From NCBI RefSeq assembly GCF_009914755.1, contig NC_060938.1: 64,000 bases of DNA; one strand, given 5' to 3'. Of the stretch, positions 27,801 through 42,281 are shown piece by piece. The DNA comes from the human T2T-CHM13v2.0 reference genome, Homo sapiens. The notes beneath the pieces were generated by a model. That model had not been told where the DNA came from. It did not search any database and worked only from the letters and a program-made list of their open reading frames with translations. How positions within the stretch are numbered: the first letter of the stretch is position 1; each line of letters begins with the position of its first letter. Made by a program: the position numbers and the translations under genes.

Positions 27801-30005
27801 GAATGCACACATCACAAAGAAGTTTCTGAGGATGCTGCTGTCTACTTTTTATACGTAATCCCGTTTCCAACGAAATCCTCCAAGCTATCCAAATATCCAC
27901 TTGCAGATTCCACAGAAAGACTGTTTCAAAACTGCTCTGTCAATAGAAAGGTTCAACTCTGTTAGCTGCATGCATATATCCCAAAGAAGATTCTGAGATT
28001 GCTTCTGTCTAGTTTTTATGGGAAGATATTTCCCTTTTCACCGTAGGCGTCAAGGCGCTCCAAATGTCCACTTCCAGATACTACAAAAAGAGTGTTTCAA
28101 ACCTACTCTGTGAAAGGGAATATTCAACTCTGTGACTTGAATGCACATATCACAAGGAAGTTTCTGAGAATGCTTCTGTCGAGATTTTATATGAAGATAT
28201 TCCCGTTTCCAACGAAATCCTGAAATCTATCCAAATATCCCCTCGCAGATTCTACAAAAAGAGTGTTTCAAAACTGCTCTGTAAAAAGAAAGGTTCAACT
28301 CTGTTAGTTGAGTACACACATCACAAACAAGTTTCACACAATGCTTCTTTCTAGCTTGTAGGGGAAGATATTCCCTTTATCACCATGGGCCTCAAACCGT
28401 CCGATAAGTCCACTTCCATATACTACAAAAAGAGCGTTTCAAACCTGCTCTATGAAAGGCAATGTTCAACTCTGTGACTTGAATGCAGACATCACAGAGC
28501 AGTTTCTGAGAATGCTTCTGTCTAGATTTTATAGGAAGATATTCCCGTTTCCAACGAAATCTTCACAGCTATCCAAATATCCACTTGCAGATTCTACAAA
28601 AAGAGTGTATCAAAACTGCTCTGTCAAAAGGAAGGTTCTTTTCTGTTAGGTGAGTGCATACGTCATAAAGGAGTTTCTGAGAATGTTTCTGTCTAGTGGT
28701 TATGGGAAGATATTTGCTTTTTCACCGTAGGCCTCAGAGCGCTCCAAATATCCACTTGCACATACTACAAAAAGAGTGCCTCAAAGCTGCTCTCTGAAAC
28801 GGAATGTTCAACTCTATGAGTTGAATGCAAACATCGCAAAGACGTTTCTGAGAATGCTTCTGTCTAGATTTGATATGAAGATATTCCCGTTTCCAACGAA
28901 ATCTTCAAATCTATCCAAATGTCCACTTGCAGATTCAACAAAAAGTGTTTTTCAGAACTGCTCTATCAAAAGAAAGATCCACCTCTGTTAGCTGAGTTCA
29001 CACATCACAAACAAGTTTATGAGAATGCTTCTGTCTAGTTTTTATTTGAAGATATTTCCTTTCTCACCATAGAGCTGAAAGCTGTCCTAATGTTCACTTC
29101 CAGATACTACAGAAAGAGTGTTTCAAAACTGCTGTACGAAAGGGAATGTTCAACTCTGTGACTTGAATGCACACATCACAAAGAAGTTTCTGAGGATGCT
29201 GCTGTCTACTTTTTATACGTAATCCCGTTTCCAACGAAATCCTCCAAGCTATCCAAATATCCACTTGCAGATTCCACAGAAAGACTGTTTCAAAACTGCT
29301 CTGTCAATAGAAAGGTTCAACTCTGTTAGCTGCGTGCATATATCCCAAAGAAGATTCTGAGATTGCTTCTGTCTAGTTTTTATGGGAAGATATTTCCCTT
29401 TTCACCGTAGGCGTCAAGGCGCTCCAAATGTCCACTTCCAGATACTACAAAAAGAGTGTTTCAAACCTACTCTGTGAAAGGGAATATTCAACTCTGTGAC
29501 TTGAGTGCACATATCACAAAGAAGTTTCTGAGAATGCTTCTGTCGAGATTTTATATGAAGATATTCCCGTTTCCAACGAAATGCTGAAATGTATCCAAAT
29601 ATCCCCTCGCAGATTCTACAAAAAGAGTGTTTCAAAACTGCTCTGTGAAAAGAAAGGTTCAACTCTGTTAGTTGAGTACACACATCACAAACAAGTTTCA
29701 CAGAATGCTTCTTTCTAGCTTGTAGGGAAGATATTCCCTTTATCACCATGGGCCTCCAACCGTCCGAAACATCCACTTCCATATACTACAAAAAGAGCGT
29801 TTCAAACCTGCTCTATGAAAGGCAATGTTCAACTCTGTGACTTGAATGCAGACATCACAGAGCAGTTTCTGAGAATGCTTCTGTCTAGATTTTATAGGAA
29901 GATATTCCCGTTTCCAACGAAATCTTCACAGCTATCCAAATATCCACTTGCAGATTCTACAAAAAGAGTGTATCAAAACTGCTCTGTCAAAAGGAAGGTT
30001 CTTCT
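21823..30005 (-). repeat. Three tandem copies of a 2728-bp two-HOR super-unit (U17-U22)
   Basis: Units alternate strictly between haplotype B (CCGATAAGTCC) and A (CCGAAACATCC). In the ORF track MLQ/MPQ and VLFC/VLLC alternate with period 2728. Confidence 0.85.
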
Positions 30006-33000
30006 CTGTTAGGTGAGTGCATACGTCATAAAGGAGTTTCTGAGAATGTTTCTGTCTAGTGGTTATGGGAAGATATTTGCTTTTTCACCGTAGGCCTCAG
30101 AGCGCTCCAAATATCCACTTGCACATACTACAAAAAGAGTGCTTCAAAGCTGCTCTCTGAAACGGAATGTTCAACTCTATGAGTTGAATGCAAACATCAC
30201 AAAGACGTTTCTGAGAATGCTTCTGTCTAGATTTGATATGAAGATATTCCCGTTTCCAACGAAATCTTCAAATCTATCCAAATGTCCACTTGCAGATTCA
30301 ACAAAAAGTGTTTTTCAGAACTGCTCTATCAAAAGAAAGATCTACCTCTGTTAGCTGAGTTCACACATCACAAACAAGTTTATGAGAATGCTTCTGTCTA
30401 GTTTTTATTTGAAGATATTTCCTTTCTCACCATAGAGCTGAAAGCTGTCCTAATGTTCACTTCCAGATACTACAGAAAGAGTGTTTCAAAACTGCTGTAC
30501 GAAAGGGAATGTTCAACTCTGTGACTTGAATGCACACATCACAGAGAAGTTTCTGAGGATGCTGCTGTCTACTTTTTATACGTAATCCCGTTTCCAACGA
30601 AATCCTCCAAGCTATCCAAATATCCACTTGCAGATTCCACAGAAAGACTGTTTCAAAACTGCTCTGTCAATAGAAAGGTTCAACTCTGTTAGCTGCATGC
30701 ATATATCCCAAAGAAGATTCTGAGATTGCTTCTGTCTAGTTTTTATGGGAAGATATTTCCCTTTTCACCGTAGGCGTCAAGGCACTCCAAATGTCCACTT
30801 CCAGATACTACAAAAAGAGTGTTTCAAACCTACTCTGTGAAAGGGAATATTCAACTCTGTGACTTGAATGCACATATCACAAGGAAGTTTCTGAGAATGC
30901 TTCTGTCGAGATTTTATATGAAGATATTCCCGTTTCCAACGAAATCCTGAAATGTATCCAAATATCCCCTTGCAGATTCTACAAAAAGAGTGTTTCAAAA
31001 CTGCTCTGTAAAAAGAAAGGTTCAACTCTGTTAGTTGAGTACACACATCACAAACAAGTTTCACACAATGCTTCTTTCTAGCTTGTAGGGGAAGATATTC
31101 CCTTTATCACCATGGGCCTCAAACCGTCCGATAAGTCCACTTCCATATACTACAAAAAGAGCGTTTCAAACCTGCTCTATGAAAGGCAATGTTCAACTCT
31201 GTGACTTGAATGCAGACATCACAGAGCAGTTTCTGAGAATGCTTCTGTCTAGATTTTATAGGAAGATATTCCCGTTTCCAACGAAATCTTCACAGCTATC
31301 CAAATATCCACTTGCAGATTCTACAAAAAGAGTGTATCAAAACTGCTCTGTCAAAAGGAAGGTTCTTCTCTGTTAGGTGAGTGCATACGTCATAAAGGAG
31401 TTTCTGAGAATGTTTCTGTCTAGTGGTTATGGGAAGATATTTGCTTTTTCACCGTAGGCCTCAGAGCGCTCCAAATATCCACTTGCACATACTACAAAAA
31501 GAGTGCCTCAAAGCTGCTCTCTGAAACGGAATGTTCAACTCTATGAGTTGAATGCAAACATCGCAAAGACGTTTCTGAGAATGCTTCTGTCTAGATTTGA
31601 TATGAAGATATTCCCGTTTCCAACGAAATCTTCAAATCTATCCAAATGTCCACTTGCAGATTCAACAAAAAGTGTTTTTCAGAACTGCTCTATCAAAAGA
31701 AAGATCCACCTCTGTTAGCTGAGTTCACACATCACAAACAAGTTTATGAGAATGCTTCTGTCTAGTTTTTATTTGAAGATATTTCCTTTCTCACCATAGA
31801 GCTGAAAGCTGTCCTAATGTTCACTTCCAGATACTACAGAAAGAGTGTTTCAAAACTGCTGTACGAAAGGGAATGTTCAACTCTGTGACTTGAATGCACA
31901 CATCACAAAGAAGTTTCTGAGGATGCTGCTGTCTACTTTTTATACGTAATCCCGTTTCCAACGAAATCCTCCAAGCTATCCAAATATCCACTTGCAGATT
32001 CCACAGAAAGACTGTTTCAAAACTGCTCTGTCAATAGAAAGGTTCAACTCTGTTAGCTGCGTGCATATATCCCAAAGAAGATTCTGAGATTGCTTCTGTC
32101 TAGTTTTTATGGGAAGATATTTCCCTTTTCACCGTAGGCGTCAAGGCGCTCCAAATGTCCACTTCCAGATACTACAAAAAGAGTGTTTCAAACCTACTCT
32201 GTGAAAGGGAATATTCAACTCTGTGACTTGAATGCACATATCACAAGGAAGTTTCTGAGAATGCTTCTGTCGAGATTTTATATGAAGATATTCCCGTTTC
32301 CAACGAAATCCTGAAATCTATCCAAATATCCCCTCGCAGATTCTACAAAAAGAGTGTTTCAAAACTGCTCTGTAAAAAGAAAGGTTCAACTCTGTTAGTT
32401 GAGTACACACATCACAAACAAGTTTCACACAATGCTTCTTTCTAGCTTGTAGGGGAAGATATTCCCTTTATCACCATGGGCCTCAAACCGTCCGATAAGT
32501 CCACTTCCATATACTACAAAAAGAGCGTTTCAAACCTGCTCTATGAAAGGCAATGTTCAACTCTGTGACTTGAATGCAGACATCACAGAGCAGTTTCTGA
32601 GAATGCTTCTGTCTAGATTTTATAGGAAGATATTCCCGTTTCCAACGAAATCTTCACAGCTATCCAAATATCCACTTGCAGATTCTACAAAAAGAGTGTA
32701 TCAAAACTGCTCTGTCAAAAGGAAGGTTCTTTTCTGTTAGGTGAGTGCATACGTCATAAAGGAGTTTCTGAGAATGTTTCTGTCTAGTGGTTATGGGAAG
32801 ATATTTGCTTTTTCACCGTAGGCCTCAGAGCGCTCCAAATATCCACTTGCACATACTACAAAAAGAGTGCCTCAAAGCTGCTCTCTGAAACGGAATGTTC
32901 AACTCTATGAGTTGAATGCAAACATCGCAAAGACGTTTCTGAGAATGCTTCTGTCTAGATTTGATATGAAGATATTCCCGTTTCCAACGAAATCTTCAAA

Positions 33001-36000
33001 TCTATCCAAATGTCCACTTGCAGATTCAACAAAAAGTGTTTTTCAGAACTGCTCTATCAAAAGAAAGATCCACCTCTGTTAGCTGAGTTCACACATCACA
33101 AACAAGTTTATGAGAATGCTTCTGTCTAGTTTTTATTTGAAGATATTTCCTTTCTCACCATAGAGCTGAAAGCTGTCCTAATGTTCACTTCCAGATACTA
33201 CAGAAAGAGTGTTTCAAAACTGCTGTACGAAAGGGAATGTTCAACTCTGTGACTTGAATGCACACATCACAAAGAAGTTTCTGAGGATGCTGCTGTCTAC
33301 TTTTTATACGTAATCCCGTTTCCAACGAAATCCTCCAAGCTATCCAAATATCCACTTGCAGATTCCACAGAAAGACTGTTTCAAAACTGCTCTGTCAATA
33401 GAAAGGTTCAACTCTGTTAGCTGCGTGCATATATCCCAAAGAAGATTCTGAGATTGCTTCTGTCTAGTTTTTATGGGAAGATATTTCCCTTTTCACCGTA
33501 GGCGTCAAGGCGCTCCAAATGTCCACTTCCAGATACTACAAAAAGAGTGTTTCAAACCTACTCTGTGAAAGGGAATATTCAACTCTGTGACTTGAATGCA
33601 CATATCACAAAGAAGTTTCTGAGAATGCTTCTGTCGAGATTTTATATGAAGATATTCCCGTTTCCAACGAAATGCTGAAATGTATCCAAATATCCCCTCG
33701 CAGATTCTACAAAAAGAGTGTTTCAAAACTGCTCTGTGAAAAGAAAGGTTCAACTCTGTTAGTTGAGTACACACATCACAAACAAGTTTCACAGAATGCT
33801 TCTTTCTAGCTTGTAGGGGAAGATATTCCCTTTATCACCATGGGCCTCCAACCGTCCGAAACATCCACTTCCATATACTACAAAAAGAGCGTTTCAAACC
33901 TGCTCTATGAAAGGCAATGTTCAACTCTGTGACTTGAATGCAGACATCACAGAGCAGTTTCTGAGAATGCTTCTGTCTAGATTTTATAGGAAGATATTCC
34001 CGTTTCCAACGAAATCTTCACAGCTATCCAAATATCCACTTGCAGATTCTACAAAAAGAGTGTATCAAAACTGCTCTGTCAAAAGGAAGGTTCTTCTCTG
34101 TTAGGTGAGTGCATACGTCATAAAGGAGTTTCTGAGAATGTTTCTGTCTAGTGGTTATGGGAAGATATTTGCTTTTTCACCGTAGGCCTCAGAGCGCTCC
34201 AAATATCCACTTGCACATACTACAAAAAGAGTGCTTCAAAGCTGCTCTCTGAAACGGAATGTTCAACTCTATGAGTTGAATGCAAACATCACAAAGACGT
34301 TTCTGAGAATGCTTCTGTCTAGATTTGATATGAAGATATTCCCGTTTCCAACGAAATCTTCAAATCTATCCAAATGTCCACTTGCAGATTCAACAAAAAG
34401 TGTTTTTCAGAACTGCTCTATCAAAAGAAAGATCTACCTCTGTTAGCTGAGTTCACACATCACAAACAAGTTTATGAGAATGCTTCTGTCTAGTTTTTAT
34501 TTGAAGATATTTCCTTTCTCACCATAGAGCTGAAAGCTGTCCTAATGTTCACTTCCAGATACTACAGAAAGAGTGTTTCAAAACTGCTGTACGAAAGGGA
34601 ATGTTCAACTCTGTGACTTGAATGCACACATCACAGAGAAGTTTCTGAGGATGCTGCTGTCTACTTTTTATACGTAATCCCGTTTCCAACGAAATCCTCC
34701 AAGCTATCCAAATATCCACTTGCAGATTCCACAGAAAGACTGTTTCAAAACTGCTCTGTCAATAGAAAGGTTCAACTCTGTTAGCTGCATGCATATATCC
34801 CAAAGAAGATTCTGAGATTGCTTCTGTCTAGTTTTTATGGGAAGATATTTCCCTTTTCACCGTAGGCGTCAAGGCGCTCCAAATGTCCACTTCCAGATAC
34901 TACAAAAAGAGTGTTTCAAACCTACTCTGTGAAAGGGAATATTCAACTCTGTGACTTGAATGCACATATCACAAGGAAGTTTCTGAGAATGCTTCTGTCG
35001 AGATTTTATATGAAGATATTCCCGTTTCCAACGAAATCCTGAAATGTATCCAAATATCCCCTTGCAGATTCTACAAAAAGAGTGTTTCAAAACTGCTCTG
35101 TAAAAAGAAAGGTTCAACTCTGTTAGTTGAGTACACACATCACAAACAAGTTTCACACAATGCTTCTTTCTAGCTTGTAGGGGAAGATATTCCCTTTATC
35201 ACCATGGGCCTCAAACCGTCCGATAAGTCCACTTCCATATACTACAAAAAGAGCGTTTCAAACCTGCTCTATGAAAGGCAATGTTCAACTCTGTGACTTG
35301 AATGCAGACATCACAGAGCAGTTTCTGAGAATGCTTCTGTCTAGATTTTATAGGAAGATATTCCCGTTTCCAACGAAATCTTCACAGCTATCCAAATATC
35401 CACTTGCAGATTCTACAAAAAGAGTGTATCAAAACTGCTCTGTCAAAAGGAAGGTTCTTCTCTGTTAGGTGAGTGCATACGTCATAAAGGAGTTTCTGAG
35501 AATGTTTCTGTCTAGTGGTTATGGGAAGATATTTGCTTTTTCACCGTAGGCCTCAGAGCGCTCCAAATATCCACTTGCACATACTACAAAAAGAGTGCCT
35601 CAAAGCTGCTCTCTGAAACGGAATGTTCAACTCTATGAGTTGAATGCAAACATCGCAAAGACGTTTCTGAGAATGCTTCTGTCTAGATTTGATATGAAGA
35701 TATTCCCGTTTCCAACGAAATCTTCAAATCTATCCAAATGTCCACTTGCAGATTCAACAAAAAGTGTTTTTCAGAACTGCTCTATCAAAAGAAAGATCCA
35801 CCTCTGTTAGCTGAGTTCACACATCACAAACAAGTTTATGAGAATGCTTCTGTCTAGTTTTTATTTGAAGATATTTCCTTTCTCACCATAGAGCTGAAAG
35901 CTGTCCTAATGTTCACTTCCAGATACTACAGAAAGAGTGTTTCAAAACTGCTGTACGAAAGGGAATGTTCAACTCTGTGACTTGAATGCACACATCACAA

Positions 36001-39000
36001 AGAAGTTTCTGAGGATGCTGCTGTCTACTTTTTATACGTAATCCCGTTTCCAACGAAATCCTCCAAGCTATCCAAATATCCACTTGCAGATTCCACAGAA
36101 AGACTGTTTCAAAACTGCTCTGTCAATAGAAAGGTTCAACTCTGTTAGCTGCGTGCATATATCCCAAAGAAGATTCTGAGATTGCTTCTGTCTAGTTTTT
36201 ATGGGAAGATATTTCCCTTTTCACCGTAGGCGTCAAGGCGCTCCAAATGTCCACTTCCAGATACTACAAAAAGAGTGTTTCAAACCTACTCTGTGAAAGG
36301 GAATATTCAACTCTGTGACTTGAATGCACATATCACAAGGAAGTTTCTGAGAATGCTTCTGTCGAGATTTTATATGAAGATATTCCCGTTTCCAACGAAA
36401 TGCTGAAATGTATCCAAATATCCCCTCGCAGATTCTACAAAAAGAGTGTTTCAAAACTGCTCTGTGAAAAGAAAGGTTCAACTCTGTTAGTTGAGTACAC
36501 ACATCACAAACAAGTTTCACAGAATGCTTCTTTCTAGCTTGTAGGGGAAGATATTCCCTTTATCACCATGGGCCTCCAACCGTCCGAAACATCCACTTCC
36601 ATATACTACAAAAAGAGCGTTTCAAACCTGCTCTATGAAAGGCAATGTTCAACTCTGTGACTTGAATGCAGACATCACAGAGCAGTTTCTGAGAATGCTT
36701 CTGTCTAGATTTTATAGGAAGATATTCCCGTTTCCAACGAAATCTTCACAGCTATCCAAATATCCACTTGCAGATTCTACAAAAAGAGTGTATCAAAACT
36801 GCTCTGTCAAAAGGAAGGTTCTTCTCTGTTAGGTGAGTGCATACGTCATAAAGGAGTTTCTGAGAATGTTTCTGTCTAGTGGTTATGGGAAGATATTTGC
36901 TTTTTCACCGTAGGCCTCAGAGCGCTCCAAATATCCACTTGCACATACTACAAAAAGAGTGCTTCAAAGCTGCTCTCTGAAACGGAATGTTCAACTCTAT
37001 GAGTTGAATGCAAACATCACAAAGACGTTTCTGAGAATGCTTCTGTCTAGATTTGATATGAAGATATTCCCGTTTCCAACGAAATCTTCAAATCTATCCA
37101 AATGTCCACTTGCAGATTCAACAAAAAGTGTTTTTCAGAACTGCTCTATCAAAAGAAAGATCCACCTCTGTTAGCTGAGTTCACACATCACAAACAAGTT
37201 TATGAGAATGCTTCTGTCTAGTTTTTATTTGAAGATATTTCCTTTCTCACCATAGAGCTGAAAGCTGTCCTAATGTTCACTTCCAGATACTACAGAAAGA
37301 GTGTTTCAAAACTGCTGTACGAAAGGGAATGTTCAACTCTGTGACTTGAATGCACACATCACAAAGAAGTTTCTGAGGATGCTGCTGTCTACTTTTTATA
37401 CGTAATCCCGTTTCCAACGAAATCCTCCAAGCTATCCAAATATCCACTTGCAGATTCCACAGAAAGACTGTTTCAAAACTGCTCTGTCAATAGAAAGGTT
37501 CAACTCTGTTAGCTGCGTGCATATATCCCAAAGAAGATTCTGAGATTGCTTCTGTCTAGTTTTTATGGGAAGATATTTCCCTTTTCACCGTAGGCGTCAA
37601 GGCGCTCCAAATGTCCACTTCCAGATACTACAAAAAGAGTGTTTCAAACCTACTCTGTGAAAGGGAATATTCAACTCTGTGACTTGAATGCACATATCAC
37701 AAAGAAGTTTCTGAGAATGCTTCTGTCGAGATTTTATATGAAGATATTCCCGTTTCCAACGAAATGCTGAAATCTATCCAAATATCCCCTCGCAGATTCT
37801 ACAAAAAGAGTGTTTCAAAACTGCTCTGTGAAAAGAAAGGTTCAACTCTGTTAGTTGAGTACACACATCACAAACAAGTTTCACAGAATGCTTCTTTCTA
37901 GCTTGTAGGGGAAGATATTCCCTTTATCACCATGGGCCTCCAACCGTCCGAAACATCCACTTCCATATACTACAAAAAGAGCGTTTCAAACCTGCTCTAT
38001 GAAAGGCAATGTTCAACTCTGTGACTTGAATGCAGACATCACAGAGCAGTTTCTGAGAATGCTTCTGTCTAGATTTTATAGGAAGATATTCCCGTTTCCA
38101 ACGAAATCTTCACAGCTATCCAAATATCCACTTGCAGATTCTACAAAAAGAGTGTATCAAAACTGCTCTGTCAAAAGGAAGGTTCTTCTCTGTTAGGTGA
38201 GTGCATACGTCATAAAGGAGTTTCTGAGAATGTTTCTGTCTAGTGGTTATGGGAAGATATTTGCTTTTTCACCGTAGGCCTCAGAGCGCTCCAAATATCC
38301 ACTTGCACATACTACAAAAAGAGTGCTTCAAAGCTGCTCTCTGAAACGGAATGTTCAACTCTATGAGTTGAATGCAAACATCACAAAGACGTTTCTGAGA
38401 ATGCTTCTGTCTAGATTTGATATGAAGATATTCCCGTTTCCAACGAAATCTTCAAATCTATCCAAATGTCCACTTGCAGATTCAACAAAAAGTGTTTTTC
38501 AGAACTGCTCTATCAAAAGAAAGATCCACCTCTGTTAGCTGAGTTCACACATCACAAACAAGTTTATGAGAATGCTTCTGTCTAGTTTTTATTTGAAGAT
38601 ATTTCCTTTCTCACCATAGAGCTGAAAGCTGTCCTAATGTTCACTTCCAGATACTACAGAAAGAGTGTTTCAAAACTGCTGTACGAAAGGGAATGTTCAA
38701 CTCTGTGACTTGAATGCACACATCACAAAGAAGTTTCTGAGGATGCTGCTGTCTACTTTTTATACGTAATCCCGTTTCCAACGAAATCCTCCAAGCTATC
38801 CAAATATCCACTTGCAGATTCCACAGAAAGACTGTTTCAAAACTGCTCTGTCAATAGAAAGGTTCAACTCTGTTAGCTGCATGCATATATCCCAAAGAAG
38901 ATTCTGAGATTGCTTCTGTCTAGTTTTTATGGGAAGATATTTCCCTTTTCACCGTAGGCGTCAAGGCGCTCCAAATGTCCACTTCCAGATACTACAAAAA

Positions 39001-40133
39001 GAGTGTTTCAAACCTACTCTGTGAAAGGGAATATTCAACTCTGTGACTTGAATGCACATATCACAAGGAAGTTTCTGAGAATGCTTCTGTCGAGATTTTA
39101 TATGAAGATATTCCCGTTTCCAACGAAATCCTGAAATCTATCCAAATATCCCCTCGCAGATTCTACAAAAAGAGTGTTTCAAAACTGCTCTGTAAAAAGA
39201 AAGGTTCAACTCTGTTAGTTGAGTACACACATCACAAACAAGTTTCACACAATGCTTCTTTCTAGCTTGTAGGGGAAGATATTCCCTTTATCACCATGGG
39301 CCTCAAACCGTCCGATAAGTCCACTTCCATATACTACAAAAAGAGCGTTTCAAACCTGCTCTATGAAAGGCAATGTTCAACTCTGTGACTTGAATGCAGA
39401 CATCACAGAGCAGTTTCTGAGAATGCTTCTGTCTAGATTTTATAGGAAGATATTCCCGTTTCCAACGAAATCTTCACAGCTATCCAAATATCCACTTGCA
39501 GATTCTACAAAAAGAGTGTATCAAAACTGCTCTGTCAAAAGGAAGGTTCTTTTCTGTTAGGTGAGTGCATACGTCATAAAGGAGTTTCTGAGAATGTTTC
39601 TGTCTAGTGGTTATGGGAAGATATTTGCTTTTTCACCGTAGGCCTCAGAGCGCTCCAAATATCCACTTGCACATACTACAAAAAGAGTGCCTCAAAGCTG
39701 CTCTCTGAAACGGAATGTTCAACTCTATGAGTTGAATGCAAACATCGCAAAGACGTTTCTGAGAATGCTTCTGTCTAGATTTGATATGAAGATATTCCCG
39801 TTTCCAACGAAATCTTCAAATCTATCCAAATGTCCACTTGCAGATTCAACAAAAAGTGTTTTTCAGAACTGCTCTATCAAAAGAAAGATCCACCTCTGTT
39901 AGCTGAGTTCACACATCACAAACAAGTTTATGAGAATGCTTCTGTCTAGTTTTTATTTGAAGATATTTCCTTTCTCACCATAGAGCTGAAAGCTGTCCTA
40001 ATGTTCACTTCCAGATACTACAGAAAGAGTGTTTCAAAACTGCTGTACGAAAGGGAATGTTCAACTCTGTGACTTGAATGCACACATCACAAAGAAGTTT
40101 CTGAGGATGCTGCTGTCTACTTTTCATACGTAA

Positions 40134-40150
40134 TCCCGTTTCCAAAGAAA
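40134..40150 (-). promoter_or_regulatory. Disrupted CENP-B box (box 2 of U30)
   Basis: TCCCGTTTCCAAAGAAA has C>A at 40146. Confidence 0.9.
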
Positions 40151-42281
40151 TCCTCCAAGCTATCCAAATATCCACTTGCAGATTCCACAGAAAGACTGTT
40201 TCAAAACTGCTCTGTCAATAGAAAGGTTCAACTCTGTTAGCTGCGTGCATATATCCCAAAGAAGATTCTGAGATTGCTTCTGTCTAGTTTTTATGGGAAG
40301 ATATTTCCCTTTTCACCGTAGGCGTCAAGGCGCTCCAAATGTCCACTTCCAGATACTACAAAAAGAGTGTTTCAAACCTACTCTGTGAAAGGGAATATTC
40401 AACTCTGTGACTTGAATGCACATATCACAAAGAAGTTTCTGAGAATGCTTCTGTCGAGATTTTATATGAAGATATTCCCGTTTCCAACGAAATGCTGAAA
40501 TCTATCCAAATATCCCCTCGCAGATTCTACAAAAAGAGTGTTTCAAAACTGCTCTGTGAAAAGAAAGGTTCAACTCTGTTAGTTGAGTACACACATCACA
40601 AACAAGTTTCACAGAATGCTTCTTTCTAGCTTGTAGGGGAAGATATTCCCTTTATCACCATGGGCCTCCAACCGTCCGAAACATCCACTTCCATATACTA
40701 CAAAAAGAGCGTTTCAAACCTGCTCTATGAAAGGCAATGTTCAACTCTGTGACTTGAATGCAGACATCACAGAGCAGTTTCTGAGAATGCTTCTGTCTAG
40801 ATTTTATAGGAAGATATTCCCGTTTCCAACGAAATCTTCACAGCTATCCAAATATCCACTTGCAGATTCTACAAAAAGAGTGTATCAAAACTGCTCTGTC
40901 AAAAGGAAGGTTCTTCTCTGTTAGGTGAGTGCATACGTCATAAAGGAGTTTCTGAGAATGTTTCTGTCTAGTGGTTATGGGAAGATATTTGCTTTTTCAC
41001 CGTAGGCCTCAGAGCGCTCCAAATATCCACTTGCACATACTACAAAAAGAGTGCTTCAAAGCTGCTCTCTGAAACGGAATGTTCAACTCTATGAGTTGAA
41101 TGCAAACATCACAAAGACGTTTCTGAGAATGCTTCTGTCTAGATTTGATATGAAGATATTCCCGTTTCCAACGAAATCTTCAAATCTATCCAAATGTCCA
41201 CTTGCAGATTCAACAAAAAGTGTTTTTCAGAACTGCTCTATCAAAAGAAAGATCCACCTCTGTTAGCTGAGTTCACACATCACAAACAAGTTTATGAGAA
41301 TGCTTCTGTCTAGTTTTTATTTGAAGATATTTCCTTTCTCACCATAGAGCTGAAAGCTGTCCTAATGTTCACTTCCAGATACTACAGAAAGAGTGTTTCA
41401 AAACTGCTGTACGAAAGGGAATGTTCAACTCTGTGACTTGAATGCACACATCACAAAGAAGTTTCTGAGGATGCTGCTGTCTACTTTTTATACGTAATCC
41501 CGTTTCCAACGAAATCCTCCAAGCTATCCAAATATCCACTTGCAGATTCCACAGAAAGACTGTTTCAAAACTGCTCTGTCAATAGAAAGGTTCAACTCTG
41601 TTAGCTGCGTGCATATATCCCAAAGAAGATTCTGAGATTGCTTCTGTCTAGTTTTTATGGGAAGATATTTCCCTTTTCACCGTAGGCGTCAAGGCGCTCC
41701 AAATGTCCACTTCCAGATACTACAAAAAGAGTGTTTCAAACCTACTCTGTGAAAGGGAATATTCAACTCTGTGACTTGAATGCACATATCACAAAGAAGT
41801 TTCTGAGAATGCTTCTGTCGAGATTTTATATGAAGATATTCCCGTTTCCAACGAAATGCTGAAATCTATCCAAATATCCCCTCGCAGATTCTACAAAAAG
41901 AGTGTTTCAAAACTGCTCTGTGAAAAGAAAGGTTCAACTCTGTTAGTTGAGTACACACATCACAAACAAGTTTCACAGAATGCTTCTTTCTAGCTTGTAG
42001 GGGAAGATATTCCCTTTATCACCATGGGCCTCCAACCGTCCGAAACATCCACTTCCATATACTACAAAAAGAGCGTTTCAAACCTGCTCTATGAAAGGCA
42101 ATGTTCAACTCTGTGACTTGAATGCAGACATCACAGAGCAGTTTCTGAGAATGCTTCTGTCTAGATTTTATAGGAAGATATTCCCGTTTCCAACGAAATC
42201 TTCACAGCTATCCAAATATCCACTTGCAGATTCTACAAAAAGAGTGTATCAAAACTGCTCTGTCAAAAGGAAGGTTCTTCT

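Noticed and set aside
29414-29782. Longest ORF (122 aa)
   Set aside because: Produced by a 1-bp deletion in a G run (29725-29727) that fuses frames; it may even be a homopolymer error.
2136-36520. Sporadic 95-aa minus-strand ORFs containing CxxC-like motifs
   Set aside because: They appear only where the AAATGTATCC variant removes a stop codon. The cysteine pairs come from TGTG-rich satellite sequence, not a zinc finger.
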